A stretch of DNA of 64,000 nt from assembly GCA_045805265.1 (NCBI GenBank), contig JBJMLO010000008.1, positions 128,846-192,845 on the forward strand. Reading direction: 5' to 3'. Positions 15,541-24,998 of this stretch are shown here, one piece after another. The notes below the pieces were generated by a model that had not been told where the DNA came from, made no database searches, and worked only from the letters and a program-made list of their open reading frames with translations. Source of the DNA: Actinomycetota bacterium (GTDB lineage Bacteria; Actinomycetota; UBA4738; JACQTL01). Position 1 is the first letter of the stretch, and the number at the start of each line of letters is the position of its first letter. The position numbers and the translations under genes are program-made.

Positions 15541-17628
15541 CTATTCGGAGAGCGGGATCGTCCCCCGCACCCGTGTCCCCCGGCCGGGGGTGGACTCGAC
15601 GCGCAGGGTGCCCCCGACCGCCCCCAGGCGGTCGTTCATGTTGGTGAAACCCACGCCGTTCCGCCGGGCGGTCACGTCGAATCCGACGCCGTCGTCGGCG
15701 GCCTCGAACAGCAGCGCCCCGGCCTCCTCCCAGACCCGGACGACCACCGACGCGCCCTCACCCGCGTACTTCCCGGCGTTCTGCATGGCCTCCAGGCAGC
15801 AGAAGTACACGGTGGCCTCGACCTCGGCGGAGTGGCGGCCCACGTCCCCGGCTCGGATCTCCACCGGGAGCGCCGCGCGGCGCGCCGCGGAGTCCAGCGC
15901 CGGCCCGATGCCCCGGTCGGCCAGGAGCGGCGGGTAGATCCCATGGGCCAGGGCGCGCAGCTGCTGCACCGCTTCCTCGATGTCGCCGCCCAGCTCCTCG
16001 ATCAGCTCGGATGCCTTGGCGGGGTCCCGCTCGCCCAGCTGGCGGGCCAGGCGGAGCTTCACCGCGATGGCCACCAGGTGCTGCTGGGCGCCGTCGTGGA
16101 GGTTCCGCTCGATGCGCCGCCGCTCCTGGTTGGCCACGGCCACGATGCGGCCCCGGGACGCCTGGAGCTCGCCGGCCTGCCGGCGCACCTCGTCCAGCGA
16201 CGACTGCAGGGCGGAGTCCAGCCGGACGTTGTGCATGGCCAGCCCGACCTGCCGGGAGAGCTCGGCCAGGACCCGGTCCTCCTCGTCGTCGAACGGCTGC
16301 CCCTCCGGCGCGCGCTCGGCGACGAGGAGCCCGAGCAGCTCGCCGGAGTGGGTGACCGGAGCCAGTCGCAGCACGGCGTCCTCCCGCCCCTCCAGGACCC
16401 CGGGGAGCCACAGGCGGGCCCACGCGGGCCCGGACAGGCCCGCCCGGGAGACCGTGGCCTCCTCCGTCTGGCCGAGCGAGATGGGGCCGCGGGGCCCCTC
16501 CGGATCGGAGGCCGAGAGGTCCAGCCTGCCGCCGGTGGCCGTCCACATCTCCGCCGCGCGCAGCGCGAACGCCGAGCGCACCGACTCCACCATCTGCAGC
16601 AGGAGCTCGTCGAGCGGCACCGACCGCGACATCCGGGTTCCGAACGAGCGCAGGACGTCCTCCGACGTCGGCCGGCCGCCGTAGGCCAGGCGGGAGGCGA
16701 GACGGCGCAGCCGCCCCCGGGCGGGGACGTACAGCAACGCCGCCAGGCCGGCCGCGACCATCGACAGCACGAGCAGGGTCCGCTCGTCGTGGCGGGGAAC
16801 GCGCCCCAGGCCGATCACGACCGCCACGTAGATCCCGGCGACGATCGCCGAGAGCCCGGCGAGCGACACCGCGTTCGCAAACAGGGCGTCGATCGCCACG
16901 GCGACTCCCGGCGCGGCCTCCAGCAGCAGGGCGACCGGGACGGCGACCGTCCAGCCGACGGCCCACAGCCCGGCCGACGGCGGCCAGTCGACCAGCGCCC
17001 ACAGGATCCCCACGGCCACCGCGCCCCAGGCCGCCGCGAGGACTCCCAGCGCGAGCCACTTCATGTGCCGCTGCTCGTTCGGCGTGACCCGGCCGAACCG
17101 GTCGGCGAATCCCGGCGCGCCCACGAGCAGGGCCACGACGAGCTCGCCGGCGACGAGCGGCGTGTTCACCCGGCCTCCCGCCATCGCCACGGCGGCGGCC
17201 AGGGCGCCCACGTAGACGAGGCCGGCGACCACCCGCCGGGTCGACGTCCCGAGGCGTCCGTCCGGCATGCCCAGCAGCAGATGGGCGCCGACCGCGGGCA
17301 GCAAGCCGGCCGCGGCCGGGCCCAGGTCCCCGTTCAGCAGCCCGATGCCCGCCACCGCCGCTCCCCCACCGAGGACGGCGCCCAGGGGCTCGCCCCGGAA
17401 CCGGAACGTGCGGACCGCCCCGGCCGCCGCCCACACCACCGCGGTGGCGGCGAGCAGGATCAGTCCGTGTCCCGCCCCCCGCACGACCTGGGCGACCAGC
17501 GCGGCGCCGGACAGGCCGATCCCGGCCACCGCGAGCACGGCGCCGAGGGCGAGGGCTCCCGTCCTTCGATCGCGCCCGACGTCCACATGGGGTGCCGTTC
17601 CCGCCTTCACCGTGGTGGCCATTCCCAA
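15541..17628 (-). CDS. Membrane sensor histidine kinase (GAF + HisKA_3 + HATPase_c)
   Basis: ERRRIERNLHDGAQQ H-box; EAMQNAGKYA; DDGVGF; GVGFTNMNDR; multiple N-terminal TM segments. Confidence 0.9.
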   Translation of the reverse strand: MGMATTVKAGTAPHVDVGRDRRTGALALGAVLAVAGIGLSGAALVAQVVRGAGHGLILLAATAVVWAAAGAVRTFRFRGEPLGAVLGGGAAVAGIGLLNGDLGPAAAGLLPAVGAHLLLGMPDGRLGTSTRRVVAGLVYVGALAAAVAMAGGRVNTPLVAGELVVALLVGAPGFADRFGRVTPNEQRHMKWLALGVLAAAWGAVAVGILWALVDWPPSAGLWAVGWTVAVPVALLLEAAPGVAVAIDALFANAVSLAGLSAIVAGIYVAVVIGLGRVPRHDERTLLVLSMVAAGLAALLYVPARGRLRRLASRLAYGGRPTSEDVLRSFGTRMSRSVPLDELLLQMVESVRSAFALRAAEMWTATGGRLDLSASDPEGPRGPISLGQTEEATVSRAGLSGPAWARLWLPGVLEGREDAVLRLAPVTHSGELLGLLVAERAPEGQPFDDEEDRVLAELSRQVGLAMHNVRLDSALQSSLDEVRRQAGELQASRGRIVAVANQERRRIERNLHDGAQQHLVAIAVKLRLARQLGERDPAKASELIEELGGDIEEAVQQLRALAHGIYPPLLADRGIGPALDSAARRAALPVEIRAGDVGRHSAEVEATVYFCCLEAMQNAGKYAGEGASVVVRVWEEAGALLFEAADDGVGFDVTARRNGVGFTNMNDRLGAVGGTLRVESTPGRGTRVRGTIPLSE

Positions 17629-17644
17629 TTCCCCTTTCTCGTGT

Positions 17645-20095
17645 TCATTCCGCTCTCAGCGCCAGCGCGGCCTGGGTCCGCGCGGCTCGAAATCCCGGCG
17701 CCGCGGCGACGAGGTTCGCGGCGAGGAACGTGGTGGCGGCGATCGCCAGCACGATCACCGCGGGCACGGTCGCCTCGGGAACCACGCCCAGCCCCTCCGC
17801 GAAGGCCGTCCACGCCCACCTGCCGGCGGTCACGCCGAGCGGGATCCCCGCGGCCACCGCCACCACCGCGGTGGTGGTGGCCTGCCAGACCACGGTCCCC
17901 CACACCTGCCGCCGGACGAACCCCAGGGTCTTCAACACGGCCAGGTCCCGGCGGCGCCGGCGTACCGCGGCGGCCAGGGCGTGGGCCAGCGTGGCGGCGG
18001 CGATCACCCCCAGCCCGAACGCGAGGAAGACCGGCAGGCTGCGCACCCGCCCGACGTTCTGGAGGTCCTCGGCCAGGTCCGGGCTGGCCACCGTTCCGCC
18101 GATCCGCCGATCGACCCGATTCAGCGAACGCACCGCCGCGCCACGGTCGACCCCGGGCCGAAGGCGGACGGCGACGACGTTCTCGGCCGCCTCGGGGACG
18201 AGGGCCCGGAGCCCGTCGAACGTCATCCCCGCGCCGTGGCCGAGGGTGTCGGTTCCACCACCCTCCGGGACCACGACGCGCCCCGTGACCCGCATGTCGA
18301 GGGTTCGCGTGCCGACCCGGGCACGGACGGTGTCGCCCAACCCCACACCGAGCTCCTGCATGGTCTTCGACCCGAAGGCCACCTCGCCGTCGTCGGCCGG
18401 CCACGTCCCCTGGACCACGGTGGGCGAAAGGTGGCCCCTGACCTGGTCGAGGGCCCACACGGTCACCCGTGTCGAGCGGCCCGGCACGCCGAACTCCACC
18501 TTCGTGATGACGTTGCCCCCCGCGAAAGCGCCGACATAATTGTTGTGCCGCAGCGGCGGGAACACACGCCGGGCGGTGTCGCCCCCGTAGGAGTTGCCCA
18601 GCCCGTAATCCCAGTTCCATCCCGCCAGGCGCGGGGTCGAGAGGAGCCTGTCGAAGCTCGAGTGGAACGTGAACGACGCGACCACGGCCGACACGGCGAG
18701 GGCGAGGCCCACCATGGTGCTCCACACCGGGACGGCGGTTCGCCCCCGGCCCGGGAGCAGCGCCATGCGCACGCCCGACGTCACGGTCGGGGGGGCGCCC
18801 GCATCGGCCAGCGCACCGACCACCCGGCTCGGCCGGGAGCCGCCCTCGAGGACGATCACGCCCTGCGGGTCCCCCCGGGCCACGGCGGCGCGCCACGCCG
18901 GCACGATCGCGAGGAGGACGGCGGCGACGACCACCCCCGCGGCGCCGAGGATGATGACGAGGACGTCCACCGACAGGCCCGGGTTCGGCTCGACCACCCA
19001 GGCTCGGCCGATCGGCATCAGCACGGAGAGCCCCACGGCGATGCACACCGCGATCGCCGAGCCGACCGCGCCGATCAACGCACCGCGGAGGATCCCTCCG
19101 GCGAACAGCTGACCCCGGCTGAAGCCGAGGGCCCGGAGCGTCGGGTGCTCGATGCTGTCGAGGAACTGCTGCCTGGCCAGTGCCTGCCCCACGACCAGCA
19201 GCCCCACCAGCGCGGCGAGGCCGGCGAAGATCCACAGGGCGATGGCCAGCGGGTGGAGCTGGTTGGTGCTGACCGCCCTCGCGTCGCCGAACGTGCCCTC
19301 CCCGATCTGCTCGCCGCGCGCCAGCCGGTCGACGTCCCGAGAGAAGCGGATGACGTCCGCCTGACCGTGACGGAGCCGCACCAGCATCGCCGGCAGGCGC
19401 TCGAACCGGTCCCGGACGCTCCGATCGAAGGCCGGGGTGAAGAACACGTCGGAGTACGCGGCATCCGCGGTCAGCGAGGCCTCATCCACCACGATGCCGA
19501 CGATGCGGAACCTCATGGCGCCCGCGAAGACCCCCGGAGGCGGGGACGAGGGGTCCCCCTGGACCAGGCCGGGATCAACCCCCGGTTTGAGGAACCGCGC
19601 GGTGAACGTCGACCCCGGCCGCACCGGCACGTGCAGGTTCGCCTCCACCTGCGAGACGGAGGCGTAGCCCACGGTGACCTCGTCGGGCCGTGACGGGTCG
19701 GCCAGTCGCCCCTCCAGAACCTTCACCCTGCCGAACTCGAGGCCCCGGACGCCCAGGCAGACGGCGCCGCTGCCCTGCCCCACCGGATACAGCTTGCCGC
19801 CCTGCGTCGGCAGGAAGTTGTACGAGAAGCACCGGACGGACCCGGCGACCTCGGGCAGCGATGCGACCCGGCCCAGGTCGAGCCGACGGAAGCCGTGGAC
19901 GTCGATCGTCCCGATCCCCACGTCGGCGGGTTGCTCGTACGCGAGGAGGCGCTCGTACGCAGAATCAGTTCGCCGAGCCCCGGCGGCGGTTCCCAGAACG
20001 AGTCCCCCGGCAAGCCCCAGCACCACGGCCAGCGCGGCCCAGGATCGCCACCGGCGCCCGAGCGCCGAGCGCACCAACGCCCACGTCGCGATCAT
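17645..20095 (-). CDS. FtsX/MacB-type ABC permease (4th of four)
   Basis: AAGARRTDSAY; two FtsX-like halves; RRRRRDLAVLKTLGF. Start may instead be GTG 20101. Confidence 0.87.
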   Translation of the reverse strand: MIATWALVRSALGRRWRSWAALAVVLGLAGGLVLGTAAGARRTDSAYERLLAYEQPADVGIGTIDVHGFRRLDLGRVASLPEVAGSVRCFSYNFLPTQGGKLYPVGQGSGAVCLGVRGLEFGRVKVLEGRLADPSRPDEVTVGYASVSQVEANLHVPVRPGSTFTARFLKPGVDPGLVQGDPSSPPPGVFAGAMRFRIVGIVVDEASLTADAAYSDVFFTPAFDRSVRDRFERLPAMLVRLRHGQADVIRFSRDVDRLARGEQIGEGTFGDARAVSTNQLHPLAIALWIFAGLAALVGLLVVGQALARQQFLDSIEHPTLRALGFSRGQLFAGGILRGALIGAVGSAIAVCIAVGLSVLMPIGRAWVVEPNPGLSVDVLVIILGAAGVVVAAVLLAIVPAWRAAVARGDPQGVIVLEGGSRPSRVVGALADAGAPPTVTSGVRMALLPGRGRTAVPVWSTMVGLALAVSAVVASFTFHSSFDRLLSTPRLAGWNWDYGLGNSYGGDTARRVFPPLRHNNYVGAFAGGNVITKVEFGVPGRSTRVTVWALDQVRGHLSPTVVQGTWPADDGEVAFGSKTMQELGVGLGDTVRARVGTRTLDMRVTGRVVVPEGGGTDTLGHGAGMTFDGLRALVPEAAENVVAVRLRPGVDRGAAVRSLNRVDRRIGGTVASPDLAEDLQNVGRVRSLPVFLAFGLGVIAAATLAHALAAAVRRRRRDLAVLKTLGFVRRQVWGTVVWQATTTAVVAVAAGIPLGVTAGRWAWTAFAEGLGVVPEATVPAVIVLAIAATTFLAANLVAAAPGFRAARTQAALALRAE

Positions 20096-20097
20096 CG

Positions 20098-22563
20098 TCA
20101 CTCCGTCCTCAGGACCATGGCGGGCCGGGTCCGGGCGGCGCTCCGGCCCGGGAGCGCCGCGATCAGGTTCGCCAGGAGGATCGCGGCCGGCACGGTGACG
20201 GCCAGGGTCACGCTCGGCATCAGGAGGTCCGAGGCCACCCCGAGTCGCCCCGCGAAGAGGGCCCAGGCCCACCGTCCTCCGGCCACGCCGAGCGGGATGC
20301 CGACGAGGAGCGACACGGCGATCAGCGTGGTGGCCTGCCAGGCAACGGTGGCCCGCACCTGCCGCCGAGAGAACCCGAGCGTCTTCAGCACGGCCAGATC
20401 TCGGCGCCGGCGGCGGACCGACGTCACCAGGACATGGACCATCAGCGCGGCAGCGAGAAGCGCGAGGAGGGCGGAGAGCAGCATCGGCGTCGCCACGACC
20501 CGCTGGTAGCTCGAGATGTCGGCCGGGGGGGCCGGCCCGAGCTGGTCGCACTCCCCCTGAGGACAGCCGCCCTGGTAGAGCGTACGGCGAAGGCGTGCCG
20601 TGGCCGCGCCGACGTCCGTCCCGGGCCGGAACCGCACCAGCACGAAGTTGTAGGCGTGGCTCGGCGAGGGCCGGACCGGCCCGTGGGGGCCGAACACCTG
20701 GGGCACGGGCAGATCCGAGGCGATCACCTCCGCCCCCGCTCCGAGGCTGGTCGGGGTGAAGGACCCCTGTCCGAGCGTCGGGAACACCGCCTCCCCCACC
20801 ACCCGCATGTTCCTCGTCGCGCCGGACGGGAGCCGGACGCTCACCGTCCGCCCGATCCCGGTCCCGAGATCCCGAGCCGTCGTCGCCCCCAGCACGATCT
20901 CGTCGGGACCGGTCGCGTTCCGCCCGAGGAGCAGCGTGGGATGGACGTCGCCGTTGAGGGGGTCGATCCCGACCGCGGGGACCCTCGCCGAGCCGATCGA
21001 CAGGTTCCCGTACACGCCCCCCGAGTACGTCCCGATGGCCTGGTCATGCGCCGCGACGCCGCGGACGTCGTCCACGGAGGATGCCGCGAACCCGAAGTCG
21101 ACCATGGCGTCCCAGTTCCATCCGTACCGGGACGGGTCGTGCACCAGCCGGTCGAGGTTCGTGCCGAACGTGGCCGCCGCGATCACGGCGGCGACGCCGA
21201 CGGCGAGGCCGGCCAGCGCGCTCCGCACCGGAACCGCGGTACGACCTCGTCCCGGCTCCACGGCCATGCGCACGCCGGTGGCAGCGGAAACCGGGAGGCC
21301 GGCCCGCACGGCGGCCGCCCCCAGCCGGGACACCGGCGCCGGCCGGTCCGCGACGCCCTGGGCCGAGCCGGGGACGCCGGCGGCCCTCCAGGCCGGTACG
21401 GCCGCGGCGCCCACCAGGACGAGGATCGCGGCTGCGGACCCGCCCCCCAGGATCGCCCAGTTCACGGCGAAGCCGGGGTGGAGCTCCACGAGCCGGACCG
21501 CGCCAATCGGGAACAACGGGGACGCAGCCGCCGCAACGGCCATCCCGATCACGCAGCCGGCGGCCGCCACGGCCGCCACGCGGCTGATGGCCACCGCGGC
21601 CAGCTGGGGGCGGGTCATCCCCAGCGCCCGCAGCGTGGGGTACTCGAGCCCCTCCGTCCACACCTGGCGCGACACGAGCTGCGAGGCGGCAAGGAACGAG
21701 GCCACGGCCGCGAGCAGCGCGAACAGGCCGAGCGCTGCGGACTCCGGCGCGATGGCCCGCCGGACCCGCTCGTGCTGGTCGGCCTGGTTCGCAAAGAAGA
21801 GGCCATGGGCCCGGGGGTCCGCCTTCGCGAGGCGCCGGGCCTCGTCACGGAACCCGGCGAGATCGGTCCCCGGCCGGAGCTGCACGTACATGCCGTCGAA
21901 GTCGAGCGCCCGGAACCGGAAGCTCCGGTAGAAGGCCGGGGTCGAGACGATCGTCGGGGCCACGTCGAGCCGATTCGCCGGGACGACGTCGGTGGACGTG
22001 ACGCCGACGCCCACGACCCGGAGGGTGATGGGGGTGCCCTTGGAGACCGGAGTCGTCGAGGTGTCATCGGGGGAGAACGGGAACACGACCGCCCGAACCT
22101 TGTCGCCCACCGAGAGGTGCAGCCGGCCGGCGGCGACGCGGTTGATCAGGACCTCGGTCCGGCTGCGGGAGTCGGGGAGCCTGCCCGCCAGGAGGCGGGG
22201 GCGCTCGATCGACCTCAGGAACCTGCCGTCGACGCTCGCGAGGTCGTTGAACGCCCCGAACTGGCGGCCGTCCGGGAGGAGCAGCGCGGTCGGGACCCCC
22301 GCGACGACCCCGACGCGCCGCACCTCCGGGAGGGCCGCGACCCGGTCGTAGAAGCCGTGGAGGCCCGTCCCCAGCACCGAGACCAGCGCGTCGGCCGCGT
22401 ACCCCTCCCGCAGGAAACGCGGGTACGCCGTCTGGGTCCGCCGGGCGCCGGCGGCCGCCGTGAGCACGACGCCGAGCGCGACCGCGATGACCGCGGCGAG
22501 CGCCACCGACGAGCGCCATCTCGACCGAAGCTCGGCGGCGACCCTGACCCGGACGGCGCCCAT
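20098..22563 (-). CDS. FtsX/MacB-type ABC permease (3rd of four)
   Basis: Same architecture; ATG overlaps the TGA of the upstream gene. Confidence 0.87.
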   Translation of the reverse strand: MGAVRVRVAAELRSRWRSSVALAAVIAVALGVVLTAAAGARRTQTAYPRFLREGYAADALVSVLGTGLHGFYDRVAALPEVRRVGVVAGVPTALLLPDGRQFGAFNDLASVDGRFLRSIERPRLLAGRLPDSRSRTEVLINRVAAGRLHLSVGDKVRAVVFPFSPDDTSTTPVSKGTPITLRVVGVGVTSTDVVPANRLDVAPTIVSTPAFYRSFRFRALDFDGMYVQLRPGTDLAGFRDEARRLAKADPRAHGLFFANQADQHERVRRAIAPESAALGLFALLAAVASFLAASQLVSRQVWTEGLEYPTLRALGMTRPQLAAVAISRVAAVAAAGCVIGMAVAAAASPLFPIGAVRLVELHPGFAVNWAILGGGSAAAILVLVGAAAVPAWRAAGVPGSAQGVADRPAPVSRLGAAAVRAGLPVSAATGVRMAVEPGRGRTAVPVRSALAGLAVGVAAVIAAATFGTNLDRLVHDPSRYGWNWDAMVDFGFAASSVDDVRGVAAHDQAIGTYSGGVYGNLSIGSARVPAVGIDPLNGDVHPTLLLGRNATGPDEIVLGATTARDLGTGIGRTVSVRLPSGATRNMRVVGEAVFPTLGQGSFTPTSLGAGAEVIASDLPVPQVFGPHGPVRPSPSHAYNFVLVRFRPGTDVGAATARLRRTLYQGGCPQGECDQLGPAPPADISSYQRVVATPMLLSALLALLAAALMVHVLVTSVRRRRRDLAVLKTLGFSRRQVRATVAWQATTLIAVSLLVGIPLGVAGGRWAWALFAGRLGVASDLLMPSVTLAVTVPAAILLANLIAALPGRSAARTRPAMVLRTE

Positions 22564-24998
22564 CACTCGCTCCTCAGCACCTCGGCCGGGCGGGTCCGCG
22601 CGGCGAGCCGGCCGGGGACCGCGGCCATCGCGTTCGCCACCGCGAGCGTCGCCGGGGCGATCAGGAGCACCCCGACGATCGGCACGATCGCGACCGGGAC
22701 CACCCCGAGCTGGCCCGCGAAGAAGTTCCATCCCCACCGGCCGGCGACGGCGCCGAGCGGCAGCCCGATCGCGACCGCGATGGCGGCCAGCGCCGTGGCC
22801 TGCCAGGCCACGGTCGCGGACACCTGTCTCCTCGAGAAGCCGATGGTCTTGAGGATCGCCAGGTCACGGCGGCGGCGCCGGACCGACGTGACCAGCGTGT
22901 GGGCCAGCGTGGCGGCGGCGAGCAGCGCCACGACCCCCGCCAGCACGATGGGCACCCCTCGGACGTCGCCCAGGTACGCCACCCGCTGCGACTGCAGGAG
23001 CGGCAGGTCGAAGAAGTACGGCACGGTGCGCGCGAGCTCGGCCATCACCATCCCCTGGTGGACGCCGGGCGCGAACCGCACGAACTCGCCACCCTCGTGG
23101 GCGCTCTGCGGATCGACCCGCCGCACCCACTCCAGGAAGAGCGCGGCACCCTCCCCCGGCCGGGAGAAGGAGAAGAACAGGTCCGGCATGGCGACCCGGC
23201 CGACGACCCGCATGGTGGTGGTGGTGCTCGCGACACGCACGCGGACGGTGTCCCCGATCCCGACGCCGGACGACCGCAACGTCTCCGCTCCCAGGGCGAT
23301 CTCGTCGGGCGATGCGGGGAGGGAGCCGTCCGCAAGCGACGGGGTCACCGAGCCCCGTCTCGACTCCATGGCGATCCCCAGCACCCGGTTCCCGTTCACG
23401 GTGACCTCCGGGAGGGCGCCGACCGAGTAGGACTCCACCCGCGGATCGTGAGCCAGGAACGCGATGAGCTTCCGCTGCGAGACCTGGTTCGCGGCCGCGG
23501 GGGCGTTCTCGTCGAGATCGATGCCCACGAGCGCGTCCCAGTTCCACCCCGAGAGCGCCGGCGTGGCGGTGAGGTGCTGCAGGCTCGCCCCGAAGGACAG
23601 CGCGCCCGCCAGCGCGAACAGACCGAGGGCGGTGCCGAGCATCGTGGTCCGCACCGGCACGGCGGTCCGGCCCCGGCCCGGCTCGAGCGCCATGCGGACC
23701 CCGGTCACCGCGCTGGGCGCGCGCCCCAACCGGGCCAGCAGCTCGGCGAACGCCGACGGCCGCCGGGCGCCACCCTCGAGGACGCCGAGTCCAGTGCCCC
23801 GGGCCCGGGCGGCCCGCCAGACGGGAACCGCCCCCACCAGCACCACCAGGACGGCGATCGCGGCTGCCCCGACCACCACCACGAGCGCGTCCACGGCGAA
23901 CCCGGGGTGGGGCTCCGCGATCCGGGCCAGACCGGTAGGGCTGAGGGGGGACAACAGGATGCCGACGCCGGCCGCGATGACGGCGCCCACGGCCCCGATG
24001 GCAACGACGCGGACGATTCCGACCGCGAACAGCTGCCGCGGGGACATCCCCAGGGCGCGCAGCGTGGGGTACTCCGTCGACTCCAGGAAGGTGTGGCGGG
24101 CCAGCGACTGGCCGAAGATGGCCAGCCCGGCCACGACGAGCAGGATCGCGAGCACCCACAGCGCGATGGCCTGGGCCTTCGTCGCGCTCTGAACCCCGGC
24201 GGTCTGCTGCTCCTGCCGGAACGGAAAGTCGAACGACACCTGCAGCCGGTCGTGGAGCGCGCTCAGCTCGCGGCGGAACGCCGGGACGTCGGCCGTGCCA
24301 TGGCGCAGGCGGACGGCCACCGCCTCGTCCGACCCGTAGAACAACGAGCGGTGCGCCCGGTAGAACGCCGGCGTGAGGTGGAAGCCGGCCAGGTATCCGC
24401 CCGACACCGGCTCGAATTCCCCCGGCGCCGCGCCCACTCCGACGACCGTCACCGGGATCGGCGGGGGCCGCCGGCCGGAAGGGGGCGCGGACCCGAACGT
24501 GCCCCGTCCGAAGATGCCCAGCTGCACCCGGTCGCCCGGCTCGAGGTGCAGCCGCTGGGCCACCGTGAAGCTGGCGACCGCCTCGTCTGGCCGTGCGGGG
24601 TTCGCCGGCCTGCCCGACAGGATCTTGAGCTCGTTGAGGGTGGTCCCGAAGCGGCCGTCCAGGCTCACGATCGGGAACACGTCAGGGAACTGCAGGATCC
24701 GCCCGGTCGAGGTGCGGACGGCCTGGGCGGTGATGGTCAGCCTCGAGAACTGGACGACCTGGGGAAGCCGCTCGACCTCGGTGAACGCGCGCTCGCGGTC
24801 CCTTCCGAACGGGTTCACCACGAGGTCGAGCCCGCGCTGCGCAGTCACGAACCTGGGGTACGCGGTCTCGGTCCGCCGGGCCCCGGCCGCCGCCGCGATC
24901 ACGACCCCGCCCATCAGTCCCACCAGGACGGCGAGCGCGACTGCCGCGGGGAACCGCGAGCGGAGCTCCGCGCCGGCTCGCATCCTCACGGCCCCCAT
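22563..24998 (-). CDS. FtsX/MacB-type ABC permease (2nd of four)
   Basis: Same architecture; TGATG translational coupling. Confidence 0.87.
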   Translation of the reverse strand: MGAVRMRAGAELRSRFPAAVALAVLVGLMGGVVIAAAAGARRTETAYPRFVTAQRGLDLVVNPFGRDRERAFTEVERLPQVVQFSRLTITAQAVRTSTGRILQFPDVFPIVSLDGRFGTTLNELKILSGRPANPARPDEAVASFTVAQRLHLEPGDRVQLGIFGRGTFGSAPPSGRRPPPIPVTVVGVGAAPGEFEPVSGGYLAGFHLTPAFYRAHRSLFYGSDEAVAVRLRHGTADVPAFRRELSALHDRLQVSFDFPFRQEQQTAGVQSATKAQAIALWVLAILLVVAGLAIFGQSLARHTFLESTEYPTLRALGMSPRQLFAVGIVRVVAIGAVGAVIAAGVGILLSPLSPTGLARIAEPHPGFAVDALVVVVGAAAIAVLVVLVGAVPVWRAARARGTGLGVLEGGARRPSAFAELLARLGRAPSAVTGVRMALEPGRGRTAVPVRTTMLGTALGLFALAGALSFGASLQHLTATPALSGWNWDALVGIDLDENAPAAANQVSQRKLIAFLAHDPRVESYSVGALPEVTVNGNRVLGIAMESRRGSVTPSLADGSLPASPDEIALGAETLRSSGVGIGDTVRVRVASTTTTMRVVGRVAMPDLFFSFSRPGEGAALFLEWVRRVDPQSAHEGGEFVRFAPGVHQGMVMAELARTVPYFFDLPLLQSQRVAYLGDVRGVPIVLAGVVALLAAATLAHTLVTSVRRRRRDLAILKTIGFSRRQVSATVAWQATALAAIAVAIGLPLGAVAGRWGWNFFAGQLGVVPVAIVPIVGVLLIAPATLAVANAMAAVPGRLAARTRPAEVLRSE